Assembly (NCBI GenBank): GCA_036679065.1 | Contig: JAZIGN010000002.1 | Coordinates: 9,713 to 73,712 of the forward strand | Direction: 5' to 3' | DNA: 64,000 bases | DNA from: Coprothermobacterota bacterium | GTDB taxonomy: Bacteria > Coprothermobacterota > Coprothermobacteria > Coprothermobacterales > Coprothermobacteraceae | Made by a program: the position numbers and the translations under genes | Shown here: in pieces, positions 49,277-58,752 of the stretch | Layout of the letters: every line of letters starts with the position of its first letter | Numbering within the stretch: position 1 is the first letter of the stretch | The notes under the pieces: model-generated | Seen by the model: only the letters and a program-made list of their open reading frames with translations | Database searches by the model: none | Told to the model about the DNA's origin: nothing

Positions 49277-51658
49277 TCAAGCCACACCCAAAAGGAAACT
49301 GGCGTCACCGAACTCCTTGAGCAGGTAGCGTCTTAGGAAACCGGAACTAGGTCGTTCCAAATTTGGATCTTCACTTACTAAACGTTCAGCATCTTGACGA
49401 GCCGGTTCCAGCATTTTCATGTCTTTTATAAGATCAGCCACACGCATACCGGAAAAACCGTGTTGACGCTCCCCCATGAGTTCACCAGGTCCCCTAAGAA
49501 GCAAATCCTTCTCAGCAAGGGCAAAACCGTCACTGTATTTGACCATGGATTCCAAACGTTCAACAGCTTCCTGAGTCTTCGCATTTGCTATTAAATAGCA
49601 ATAAGCTTGATAAGAACTTCGTACCACCCTACCCCTGAGTTGATGTAGTTGCGAAAGCCCGAAGCGGTCAGCTCCCTCAATAACCATGACAGTGGCATTT
49701 GGCACATCTACACCTACTTCAATCACAGTGGTAGAAACAAGAACCTGCAATGAACCTTTCCTAAATTCATCCATGACGTTTTTCTTTTCTTCTTTGTTCA
49801 TTTTTCCATGCAGTAGCCCCACTTTGTAATCCTTCAGGAAAGTGCTGCACAGTTCCTCATAGAGGCTGGTAGCTGCCGCTGCCTCGATGGATTCTGACTC
49901 CTCAATGAGAGGAGCTACTACGTAAGCTTGACGACCTTCATCAAGCTCACGTTTCACAGCTTCATAAACGGAACTGCGCCTCTTCTCTGAAACCCAAAAG
50001 GTTTTGACTGGCTTTCTATTGGGAGGAAGCTCGTCAATCACCGACACATCCAAGTCACCGTAGTAAGTAAGCACCAAAGTCCTGGGTATGGGGGTAGCAC
50101 TCATCACTAGTACGTCAGGCTGTTTGTTTTTATCCATGTTAATCAGTGCAGCTCGTTGATAAACTCCAAAGCGGTGTTGCTCGTCAATAATCACCAGTCC
50201 CAAGTCCTTAAAACTGGTATCTTCCTGGATGAGTGCATGGGTACCCACCACGATGTCCAGTTGACCTGACTTAAGGTAACGCTTCACCTTACTCTTTTCT
50301 GATGCAGATAGTGAACCTACCAAAAGTCCAACTCTTAGCCCAAACTGTTCAGCCCACTGAGAAAACACCATGTAGTGCTGAAAAGCCAATACCTCTGTGG
50401 GCACCATGACAGCTGATTGTTTACCATTTTTTGCTGCCACAAACATGGCAAACATGGCAACCACAGTCTTTCCAGAACCTACGTCGCCTTGCAAGAGCCT
50501 GTTCATGGGCTTGCTTTTTTGCATATCGTTTAATATTTCTAAAATCACACGTTTTTGAGCATTCGTCAGAGTAAAAGGTAGCTTTCTCTCTAGCTCTTCA
50601 ATCCAATCCCGTTCCACCCTAAAACTGATACCCTGTGCTTGACCTATGACTTTTTTCCTTAATGCGAGGAGTACCTGGAGTACAAAAATCTCTCTGTAAG
50701 CAATTTCAGAACGTGCCTTTTCAAACTGCGCCTGATTTTCAGGACGATGCAGTTTTTCAGCTGCCTCAGGGTAACTTAAAAAACCTTTTTCTTGCCAATA
50801 TGGAAAAATCTCAGGTACTTTGTGCAAGTACTGATCTAGAGCGTTGAAGATTACCTTCCTTATTGTGTTAGTCGTAATACCTGCTCCAGCTCTGTAAACA
50901 GGAATCATGGGCAGTATTTCTTTCCCAGGCTCCAAAACCTCAAAGGAATCTGACCGTAGGTTTGTCAGTTGCAAACGACCATGGTTCGATTCCACTTTAC
51001 CAGTAACCATTACAAGTTGGCCTCGGCGGAATTTCCTAGCTAAGAACTCTTGATTGAAGAAAACCAAGTCAACCCTGCCTGTGTCATCTTGCAGAGTTAC
51101 AGTGAGCAATCTGTAACCACGGTACGTCTTTTGCAGCTTCACATCCACCACCGTTCCCAACACCGTGGCATCAACACCCGTCCGAAGCTGCTTTACTTTA
51201 AGTATCTTACTTCTATCTACGAACCTCATGGGCACATAATGGATAAGGTCCCAAACGGTAGTTACATCAAGTTTCTCCAAAGAAGCTCCTACTTTGCTGC
51301 CAACTCCTTTTACCCTGCTCACAGGCTCTTCCCAAAGTTCAGCTGGTTCATATGGACGCTGTTGAACACCTGAGCCCTCTTCATCCGCTTCTTTGGAGTG
51401 CTTTTTTACAAGGCCGACTAAATGCTGACAAAGTTTCTTTCGCTCCGATAGAGGAAGTAAGGGGTAACGGTTAAACTCCGCAATAAGCTCGTCTATTTGG
51501 ACAAGCTCAAGGGGTGTGTTCACAGACTTTCTCAGCTCACTGAGATACTCCACTACCACATAGTGGAACCATTCATCTTCCGTCTGCGTAACAGCAAACT
51601 TGCTGTCCACTTCACGTTTTAGAGCCAAAGAGAGCTTGTTCTGTAATTCACTTTTCAA
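49277..51658 (-). CDS. recG: ATP-dependent DNA helicase RecG
   Basis: QGDVGSGKT, DEQHRFG, SATPIPRT, QLRGRV, RGPGE; start uncertain (51658 or 51679). Confidence 0.96.
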   Translation of the reverse strand: MKSELQNKLSLALKREVDSKFAVTQTEDEWFHYVVVEYLSELRKSVNTPLELVQIDELIAEFNRYPLLPLSERKKLCQHLVGLVKKHSKEADEEGSGVQQRPYEPAELWEEPVSRVKGVGSKVGASLEKLDVTTVWDLIHYVPMRFVDRSKILKVKQLRTGVDATVLGTVVDVKLQKTYRGYRLLTVTLQDDTGRVDLVFFNQEFLARKFRRGQLVMVTGKVESNHGRLQLTNLRSDSFEVLEPGKEILPMIPVYRAGAGITTNTIRKVIFNALDQYLHKVPEIFPYWQEKGFLSYPEAAEKLHRPENQAQFEKARSEIAYREIFVLQVLLALRKKVIGQAQGISFRVERDWIEELERKLPFTLTNAQKRVILEILNDMQKSKPMNRLLQGDVGSGKTVVAMFAMFVAAKNGKQSAVMVPTEVLAFQHYMVFSQWAEQFGLRVGLLVGSLSASEKSKVKRYLKSGQLDIVVGTHALIQEDTSFKDLGLVIIDEQHRFGVYQRAALINMDKNKQPDVLVMSATPIPRTLVLTYYGDLDVSVIDELPPNRKPVKTFWVSEKRRSSVYEAVKRELDEGRQAYVVAPLIEESESIEAAAATSLYEELCSTFLKDYKVGLLHGKMNKEEKKNVMDEFRKGSLQVLVSTTVIEVGVDVPNATVMVIEGADRFGLSQLHQLRGRVVRSSYQAYCYLIANAKTQEAVERLESMVKYSDGFALAEKDLLLRGPGELMGERQHGFSGMRVADLIKDMKMLEPARQDAERLVSEDPNLERPSSGFLRRYLLKEFGDASFLLGVA

Positions 51659-53232
51659 CTTTTTTCTACCAGCACCCAATAAGGATAAAAAGGCTGATCC
51701 ATGTCGTATTCTTCAACTTCCATGCCCAGTGATGCAAAAAGCTCTTTCATGGTTTGGGTCTCTTGCTCTTTCGCATCCACGCCTTTGAAAATGCTGGCAA
51801 TGGTGTAGCCAGAGTTCTTGGTCAGCTCCTGCACTTTTTCAAGTACACATTCCCATCTGCTGCAAGCTGCTTTTAACTCATCATCCCAGAGGACGAGCCA
51901 ATCTCCAGCTTTGACGTCAAGCCCATCTACGTGTGAATCTTTTGTGGCTCTAGTAAGCTCGATAAAATTCGTATGATCGAGGATCTGTTTAAAAAATACA
52001 TCCAACGGATCCTCAACCCCGAAATACAAGGAAAGCCCAACTGCAGCCTGTGCAGGATTCTTCGTTGGAATGACAACAACCTCTTTATCTGTTAGTTCTC
52101 TTACCTGCTGTGCCGACAAAATGATGTTTGGATTATTGGGCAAAATATAGACTTTGTTGCTGTGAACATGTTTAACCCCATCAAGTATTTGTCCCACTGA
52201 AGGGTTCATGGTCTGACCACCCATTACCACAAAATCCACCTTTATAGAACGAAATAACTCAGCCCATTTAGGTGAGGGAGCCACAGCTACCACTGCAAAA
52301 GGTTTTTCTTCTACTTGGAATCTGCCTTCCACTTGGGCCGCCATATTGTCGATCTTTACCTGTATGAGCTCTCCGAACTTGCCCATTTCCTGCAAAACTA
52401 AAAAAGGCTCGTTAGTGTGAACATGAAAGTGCCACAAACCGCCTTCTTGTCCAAGAACAATGGAATCGCCTTGAGAGGACAAAAAGTTTTTAGCATATTC
52501 AAAATCCATATTGTCAGACTTAAAATAAGCTTCTGTGCAGAACTTATATTCTCCATAACCACTTTCACTAATAAACGTTTCTGACACTCTTTGAGTTACT
52601 CGGTGAGGTTTAGGAGTTTCTCCAGCCACAGCTGCTCTAAAACCCTCAAAAAACACATAAAGACCATATCCACCAGCATCTACTACGTCGGCTTTCTTTA
52701 GAACATCCAACATTTCTGGCGTCTCCAATACGGTCTGCCAGCCCACCTCAACTATGTCGTGCAAAGCTTCTTCGAAAGAGCTATAAGTTTTTGTCTCAAT
52801 GCGCTCAGAAATCTTCCTTATGACCGTAAGAATGGTTCCCTCAACGGGCTTTATGACAGCATGGTAGGCAGTTTTCTTCCCTTCCACAATAGCTAGGAGG
52901 AAATTTGATAAGGTGAGCCGCCTGCCATCTGTGGATTGTAAAACCCTGCCGAAACCTTTAAGTATTTGCGAAAGAATGACACCAGAGTTACCACGTGCCC
53001 CGGACAAAGAAGCTTTTATCAGTGCGTGCCCTAGTTCAGAGAAGTCTGCCTCTTCCATTCTCCTGATTTCATTTACGACACTTTCTAAAGTCAAGGACAT
53101 GTTGATCCCCGTATCACCGTCTGGCACAGGGTACACATTTAGCGCGTTGATGTCGTCCTGCAACTGCTTAACCAGACTGTAGCCATTATCAAAAGCAGAA
53201 ATAAACTCCCTCACAGTAAGATGATCTTTCAT
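51655..53232 (-). CDS. fakA: DAK2 domain protein (fatty acid kinase A)
   Basis: LNVYPVPDGDTG, GARGNSG, GTILTV, VVDAGG, GGQTMNPS. Confidence 0.9.
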   Translation of the reverse strand: MKDHLTVREFISAFDNGYSLVKQLQDDINALNVYPVPDGDTGINMSLTLESVVNEIRRMEEADFSELGHALIKASLSGARGNSGVILSQILKGFGRVLQSTDGRRLTLSNFLLAIVEGKKTAYHAVIKPVEGTILTVIRKISERIETKTYSSFEEALHDIVEVGWQTVLETPEMLDVLKKADVVDAGGYGLYVFFEGFRAAVAGETPKPHRVTQRVSETFISESGYGEYKFCTEAYFKSDNMDFEYAKNFLSSQGDSIVLGQEGGLWHFHVHTNEPFLVLQEMGKFGELIQVKIDNMAAQVEGRFQVEEKPFAVVAVAPSPKWAELFRSIKVDFVVMGGQTMNPSVGQILDGVKHVHSNKVYILPNNPNIILSAQQVRELTDKEVVVIPTKNPAQAAVGLSLYFGVEDPLDVFFKQILDHTNFIELTRATKDSHVDGLDVKAGDWLVLWDDELKAACSRWECVLEKVQELTKNSGYTIASIFKGVDAKEQETQTMKELFASLGMEVEEYDMDQPFYPYWVLVEKS

Positions 53233-53236
53233 TACG

Positions 53237-53563
53237 TTAAGCCCTCTCTTTGGCGACGTGTATTTTCACGTCAACTTCATAGTCTTTTATTAACAGCTTC
53301 TTGAAAGCATAATCCAAGGATTCTCTTAGGTTTTTCACAATCGCTGCTACAGGGCTAAGCGGATCCACTACCACATGCACAGTAGCATAAACCACATTAT
53401 CCTTTATGCGAACCAAGACGCCTTCATCATACGCATATAACCCCACCAAACCACTGGCATAGTCTTTCAGCGAAGATTTCGGAACAGACGTGATCCCGTA
53501 ACAACTCTTTATAACCTTAGACAAGTATTGAGCTATTGCTTTCGCCTTTATTCTTATTTTCAA
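53237..53563 (-). CDS. Asp23/Gls24 family protein (YloU-like)
   Basis: CYGI motif; conserved rpmB-yloU-fakA-recG synteny. Confidence 0.75.
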   Translation of the reverse strand: MKIRIKAKAIAQYLSKVIKSCYGITSVPKSSLKDYASGLVGLYAYDEGVLVRIKDNVVYATVHVVVDPLSPVAAIVKNLRESLDYAFKKLLIKDYEVDVKIHVAKERA

Positions 53564-53688
53564 TGTTTACCACCACCTGGCTGTTATTTTAACATGCGAC
53601 AAAATCTTGCTTGAACCAAAGCAGGAATCTCAATCACATGATATAATAAAAATTCGTAGACCACAACGCATATCAGGAGGAGATAGAT

Positions 53689-53880
53689 ATGGCAAGAGTT
53701 TGCTCTGTTTGTGGAAAAGGAACCACGTTCGGTCATAATGTGAGCCACTCCAACAGAAGGACCAATCGCCGTTGGGTAGCCAACCTTAAGCGTGTACATG
53801 GGCGTTTTCCAGATGGAAAAGTGCGCACCGCTTACGTATGTGTGAAGTGCCTGAAAGCAGGTAAAGTAGAGATCCTCTAA
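53689..53880 (+). CDS. rpmB: 50S ribosomal protein L28 (zinc-ribbon form)
   Basis: CSVCGK, GHNVSHS, RRWVANL, CVKCLK. Confidence 0.97.
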   Translation: MARVCSVCGKGTTFGHNVSHSNRRTNRRWVANLKRVHGRFPDGKVRTAYVCVKCLKAGKVEIL

Positions 53881-53896
53881 GAAACACTTTAGAAAC

Positions 53897-54802
53897 GTGA
53901 AAGATCGAAACGATAAGGAAGCCAGCCACTGGTTAGCTGACCAAAACCTGGGCAGTACTGAGGGCTGGCTTAGTGTTTTTCTGAACACTTTTTTGTTCTT
54001 CCTCAAATACTGGGTGGGTATGGCTTCTGGCTCGGTAGCCATGATTGCTGACGCTTGGCATACCCTTTCAGACACACTTACGTCAGTAGTGGTACTTATC
54101 GGTTTCTGGATCAAGAAAATGCCCCCTGACAAGGAACATCCTTTTGGCCACGGAAGAGCAGAGTCAGTAGCCTCCGTGGTAATAGCTACTCTACTCATGG
54201 TTGTTGGATTTAGTTTCTTAAGGGATTCCGTGCAACGACTGATTAACTACCAAGCCGCTGCTTTCACCACAGTAGCGCTTTTGGTGTTTCTCGTCTCCAC
54301 GTTGCTTAAAGAGCTACTTGCCCGCTTTTCGCTCTGGGCTGGAAAGAAAATAAACGCTTATTCGCTCATAGCAGATGCTTGGCACCACCGTTCTGACGCC
54401 ATTGCATCACTGCTCATTGTTGTAGGGGCATACTTTGGTAGATATGTTTGGTGGGTAGATGGCGCTTTAGGTATTGCAGTGTCAGTAGTTATTTTGTACA
54501 CTGCCATAGAGCTGTTGCTTAAGGCAACATCAATTATCATGGGCATCGAACCTTCCCCGGAGTTAAGAGAGAATATCGTTGCGATTGCCAAAGAGGTTTG
54601 TGATGATGATATCCAGGATGTACACCACCTTCACGTGCACCAATACGGAGACCACGTGGAGGTAACCTTTCATATCAGGGTAAATCCTAATACAACAGTC
54701 CATGAAGCACATGAAATGGCTTCAAAAATTGAGCAGGCAGTACGTGAGAAACTGCACATAGAAGCCACTGTGCACGTGGAGCCAGAATACTCGGCATCCT
54801 GA
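53897..54802 (+). CDS. Cation diffusion facilitator family transporter
   Basis: ADAWHTLSD, HPFGHGRAE, DAWHHRSD, VHVEP. Confidence 0.93.
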   Translation: MKDRNDKEASHWLADQNLGSTEGWLSVFLNTFLFFLKYWVGMASGSVAMIADAWHTLSDTLTSVVVLIGFWIKKMPPDKEHPFGHGRAESVASVVIATLLMVVGFSFLRDSVQRLINYQAAAFTTVALLVFLVSTLLKELLARFSLWAGKKINAYSLIADAWHHRSDAIASLLIVVGAYFGRYVWWVDGALGIAVSVVILYTAIELLLKATSIIMGIEPSPELRENIVAIAKEVCDDDIQDVHHLHVHQYGDHVEVTFHIRVNPNTTVHEAHEMASKIEQAVREKLHIEATVHVEPEYSAS

Positions 54803-54974
54803 CTTTAACAAGAGTGTCCTTACCCTACCCGGAGAGCCACGTTCATTACGTAAACGTCCCGGTATGACCAATTAATGTTCGCCTTTGCTCATAAAAAATT
54901 CCTATTTTTCAAAATACTGTTCAAAAGATCTTAGCCCTAAATAAGCAAGGCTGTATCAAAAGTTCCTACTCTAC

Positions 54975-55754
54975 TTAGGGAAGTGTGCTGATTACACGCC
55001 CCTCGCTATCAACAAGCTTGGCAGCATCACCATTGTTGTTCCATATGTTGGCTTTAGTCCACTTAAGTACCGAAGGAGGGTTGCTGTAGGCATTCTTGCC
55101 TGACGTAATGGTAACTGTCTGTCCTTTCTTTAAGACAAACTTCTGTGGAAATGTAAAGACTTGGTTACCTTCAACACTTATTAGCTTCCAACCGCTCATG
55201 TCCACATCAGTATTGCCGTTGTTCTTAATTACTACTTTTTCACCTGCAAGATCTTTGCTAATTATCGACACAGACACCGTAGATACTTTTGAATTGTCAA
55301 TGACCACCTTCTTACTTTCAGCTACCCATTCTACGTTGTAACCTAACTGTTCTGATACAAACCTAACAGGGACCATAGTGCGGTTGTTAATTATCTTAGC
55401 CGGTACGTCAATTGTTGCAGATTTTCCATTCACAACCACTTTACTGGAATTGATAGTGAGTATGATTGTCTTTGAACCTTGCACAATAGTTACTTGCTTT
55501 TTGGCCCCATCCCATGTGACTTTGGCACCCATTTGTTCGCTGATAAATCTTACGGGAACTAATGTTCTACCACTTTGGATAATGGGCGGAGCATCAAGTT
55601 TTACACCAACACCATTAACGTAGGCAGTAGTGTTGCCTACGAACAGTTCAAGCTTCTTCGTTGATTCAGCGCTCACGGGTAGCCCAATACTTCCAACCAA
55701 CAAACTGATGACAAATAGAACCACCAAAAGCCTACCGTTTCTGTTTGCTCTCAT
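54975..55754 (-). CDS. Secreted protein: copper amine oxidase N-terminal (stalk) domain + lamin-tail domain
   Basis: Two GRT.VPVRF.SE repeats; E.V.IKN....VDMSGW and WNNNGD LTD motifs; signal peptide. Confidence 0.85.
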   Translation of the reverse strand: MRANRNGRLLVVLFVISLLVGSIGLPVSAESTKKLELFVGNTTAYVNGVGVKLDAPPIIQSGRTLVPVRFISEQMGAKVTWDGAKKQVTIVQGSKTIILTINSSKVVVNGKSATIDVPAKIINNRTMVPVRFVSEQLGYNVEWVAESKKVVIDNSKVSTVSVSIISKDLAGEKVVIKNNGNTDVDMSGWKLISVEGNQVFTFPQKFVLKKGQTVTITSGKNAYSNPPSVLKWTKANIWNNNGDAAKLVDSEGRVISTLP

Positions 55755-55837
55755 TAATATCCCTCCCTTTTGCAAGCTTTTGCTTCTTACCATATCGGCT
55801 GTCAACAAGCTTTTTCTGTGTAAAGTTGCAGTATAAG

Positions 55838-56260
55838 ATGCGGTTTGATGTTACGTTACTCTTTCATACTGCGCAGGTTTCTCCATTACTGTTATCGCTA
55901 AGCAGGTTCTGGTTCAACAACAAATCACAAACTACTGCTGTTGCTAAATCCAGGCATCAGCATCAACTTAGGAACATTTCCTTTAGCTACTTACTATTTT
56001 ACCTTAGTACTTTGCTAGCAAAAAATCCGTACTTTGGTGGTCTTTACCCTCCCACAGAGGACCCAATTAGGGCTGGTTCAGCCCTAAGACCTGTTGAGAG
56101 CCCAAGTTAAAGGAGATGCAGCCAATATGCAAGGAAAGTGCTTCCACCATCTTTAGTCCATATCCGGGCAGCTGGCAATAGTGTGGCTAAACTAAAAACA
56201 GCGGTACTCTTCTCACCACACCTCTCTGAATATGATGACATTTCTTTTAGTTCTGCTTGA
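55838..56260 (+). pseudogene. Possible eroded remnant of a B12/radical SAM paralog
   Basis: KSVLW/GLYPPT (with frameshift) vs KPILWGGYHPT, and TIFSPYPG vs VFSPYPS of the adjacent gene. Confidence 0.35.
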
Positions 56261-56688
56261 AAGACTTGAAGTTCACAGCATCTGCGTAAAGTCTTCCTGA
56301 AACGAAAAAGTACCATACCAAGGCCCCATGCCTTCATGCCTGTTTTGTCTGAAGCCAACTGATAAAGCTGATTCCCATTTGAACATTGCTCTATTTACCT
56401 CTCAGCTAGAAATTAGCAATGTTTTGCCTCTCTATGCCCTTTCTCGTATTATGAAAACGCCCAAAGGGTGGCATTGCCCTTAAAAATTCACAGCAAATGG
56501 CTTCAACAGATGAACAAGCATTACACGGAGAGTTGAACACAGAGGCGGCTCCGCTACACGTCCAATCCAAGTACCGATAATGTAGCTGTGCCACAGCTAA
56601 TCTACTCATTCCTTTATTTGCACAATCATTCTACATGTGCTATACAGAGAATGTTGACTTTTTCATTTTTGGTATTACAATGGCATTT

Positions 56689-58182
56689 ATGAATGTCACC
56701 TTGGTATACCCAGACTACACGATGCAGAGACCCTTTACCAGACCCAAGGTGCTTCGAGTAGAAAAAGGCGGTTGGTACAACGAGGGTTTAGCTGCCTTGT
56801 CAGCGGGCCTCAAACAAAAAGGGGCACATGTTTCCCTTTTGCATTACAGAGCTCCTATAGATGAACAAGCATTCAAGGAAAAGCTTAACCGTACAGATCC
56901 CGACATAGTTGCCTTCACGGTCAGAACAAGTGCCTTAGAACTGGCAACAACATGGTCAAAGTGGGCAAAAGAAGCTGTTGAAAAACCAATACTGTGGGGA
57001 GGTTATCATCCCACATTAGCACCTGAGGAATGCTTAAGCGTGCCTTACGTGGATGCCGTGGTACGTGGAGATGGAGATCTGGTTATTTACCCAGCCTGCG
57101 AAGCTCTCGTAAACGGGCACGACTTGGAGAACGTTCCTTCTTTATCTTATAGAAAAGACGGTAAATTCACGAGCAATCCCACAGCTCCCTTGGTCTGGAA
57201 CCTTGATGAGCTCCCAATGCCTGATTTTTCTATTTTCAATTACAAGGAGCTGATCTCCACTAAGACTAATGTGGCACTAGGGATGCTTTCTAGAGGCTGT
57301 CCCTACAACTGCACCTACTGTTCAAATCGCGCTTTCAGATCGGTCTACCCAAACCCTGAACACTACCACAGGTCCAGAAGTCCAGAAGGTGCGATCGAGT
57401 ACATTGAGCAGCTAAGAGCGATCTACCCTGAGGTGAAGGAATTTAGGTTCTTGGATAACGTTTTCGGTCTTAACATGCAGTGGCTTGAGCAGTTTACAAA
57501 GCTGTACAAACGCCGTGTGAATCTTCCTTTTTCCTGCGATGAGAGGGTTGAACTCCTGAGCGATGACCGTGTGAAATTATTGAAAGAAGCTAATTGCAAG
57601 CAGGTTTATCTTGGGGTAGAATCAGGCGATGAAGAGCTCCGTAAGTTAGTGCTTGAAAGGACCATGAGCAATGAGCTTCTAAAGAAAGGCGTAAATCGAT
57701 TGCACGATAACGGCATACGCGCCTTTGCGTTCAACATGGTAGGCTTACCCGGAGAAAACAGACAAAAAGCTCTTTCCACGGTCAAACTCAACGCTGCCAT
57801 AAAGGTTGATGACTCCATAGTGAGTGTATTTTCTCCTTACCCATCAACCATACTTTATGAGATCAGTGTAGAAAAAGGTTACGTGAAACTTCCCATTGAT
57901 TACACGCAGTTTACTTTTCTTGATCAGCCCAATTTTTCAAAAGAAGAAGTCGCCTTTTTTGCCGTGTATTTTGGCTTTCTAAGACGTTTTTACAGAAGCC
58001 ACGGTGAAAACTCTGGGCTCAGCCGAATGATGGACAACTTTATCCTTTCGCCAAAACTACCAATTAGGCCTCTTATTTCCATTGGAGAAAGCTACGCCTT
58101 TGCTTGGGAGGACTTAAAGTCATTCGTAAGAATGCGCATGCCAGGGCTGTTTAAAACCGCTAAGAAGATACTAAGAAGGTAA
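56689..58182 (+). CDS. B12-binding domain radical SAM protein
   Basis: GGYHPT, VRGDGD, SRGCPYNCTYC, GVESG, GLPGE; TTGACT-16-TACAAT promoter 7 nt before ATG 56689. Confidence 0.92.
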   Translation: MNVTLVYPDYTMQRPFTRPKVLRVEKGGWYNEGLAALSAGLKQKGAHVSLLHYRAPIDEQAFKEKLNRTDPDIVAFTVRTSALELATTWSKWAKEAVEKPILWGGYHPTLAPEECLSVPYVDAVVRGDGDLVIYPACEALVNGHDLENVPSLSYRKDGKFTSNPTAPLVWNLDELPMPDFSIFNYKELISTKTNVALGMLSRGCPYNCTYCSNRAFRSVYPNPEHYHRSRSPEGAIEYIEQLRAIYPEVKEFRFLDNVFGLNMQWLEQFTKLYKRRVNLPFSCDERVELLSDDRVKLLKEANCKQVYLGVESGDEELRKLVLERTMSNELLKKGVNRLHDNGIRAFAFNMVGLPGENRQKALSTVKLNAAIKVDDSIVSVFSPYPSTILYEISVEKGYVKLPIDYTQFTFLDQPNFSKEEVAFFAVYFGFLRRFYRSHGENSGLSRMMDNFILSPKLPIRPLISIGESYAFAWEDLKSFVRMRMPGLFKTAKKILRR

Positions 58183-58365
58183 GCAAATCATACCATATCC
58201 AACTGGGATTGAATAAGAAGCCTTTTGTTGACCACGCAAACACTCCTTGTTTAATATGACAAGTACTAGAGGTAACTTCTTTCTTATACCACGTTGCCGT
58301 TACTAGACGACCATTGCCCTTAGCAAGCACAAATAAGCGCCCCATGGGTTACCTGAGCCTTTAGT

Positions 58366-58752
58366 CTATTCCTCCACTGTTCTCGTGGCAATCACGTTTA
58401 CGCCCAGGTCCAGGACATTTTCCAAAACTACATCGCCCACCTTCACAGGCACATTCACTTTTACCTTACGTATTTCATTTACCACTTCAAAGATGCGGTC
58501 CTTGGGAACAGGTTTATCGGTTTTTACGGGTAACCTGCGCTCAGTCTTACTTCCCATTAAAACGACCGTGCTTTGGACATACCTTTGAGGATTAGTTACC
58601 TCACTTAGTGCGTATTCTGCTCCTTTAGGACATTTGTTACCCAAAACCCTTATTTGATTACCTTCACTCACAGTAACATTGAGCGTGCAGCCCACTGGGC
58701 AAACAATGCATGTAAACTCCAGTGCGCTTCTTTGATCAGTTTTCTCACTCAT
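58366..58752 (-). CDS. DUF1667 domain (CxxC) protein of the G3P dehydrogenase cluster
   Basis: CIVCPVGC, GNKCPKG, LPVKT. Confidence 0.85.
   Translation of the reverse strand: MSEKTDQRSALEFTCIVCPVGCTLNVTVSEGNQIRVLGNKCPKGAEYALSEVTNPQRYVQSTVVLMGSKTERRLPVKTDKPVPKDRIFEVVNEIRKVKVNVPVKVGDVVLENVLDLGVNVIATRTVEE

Noticed and set aside
55745-56609. ORFs 55745-56110, 56107-56358 and 56406-56609 as real genes
   Set aside because: No RBS or coherent domain; more consistent with decayed sequence
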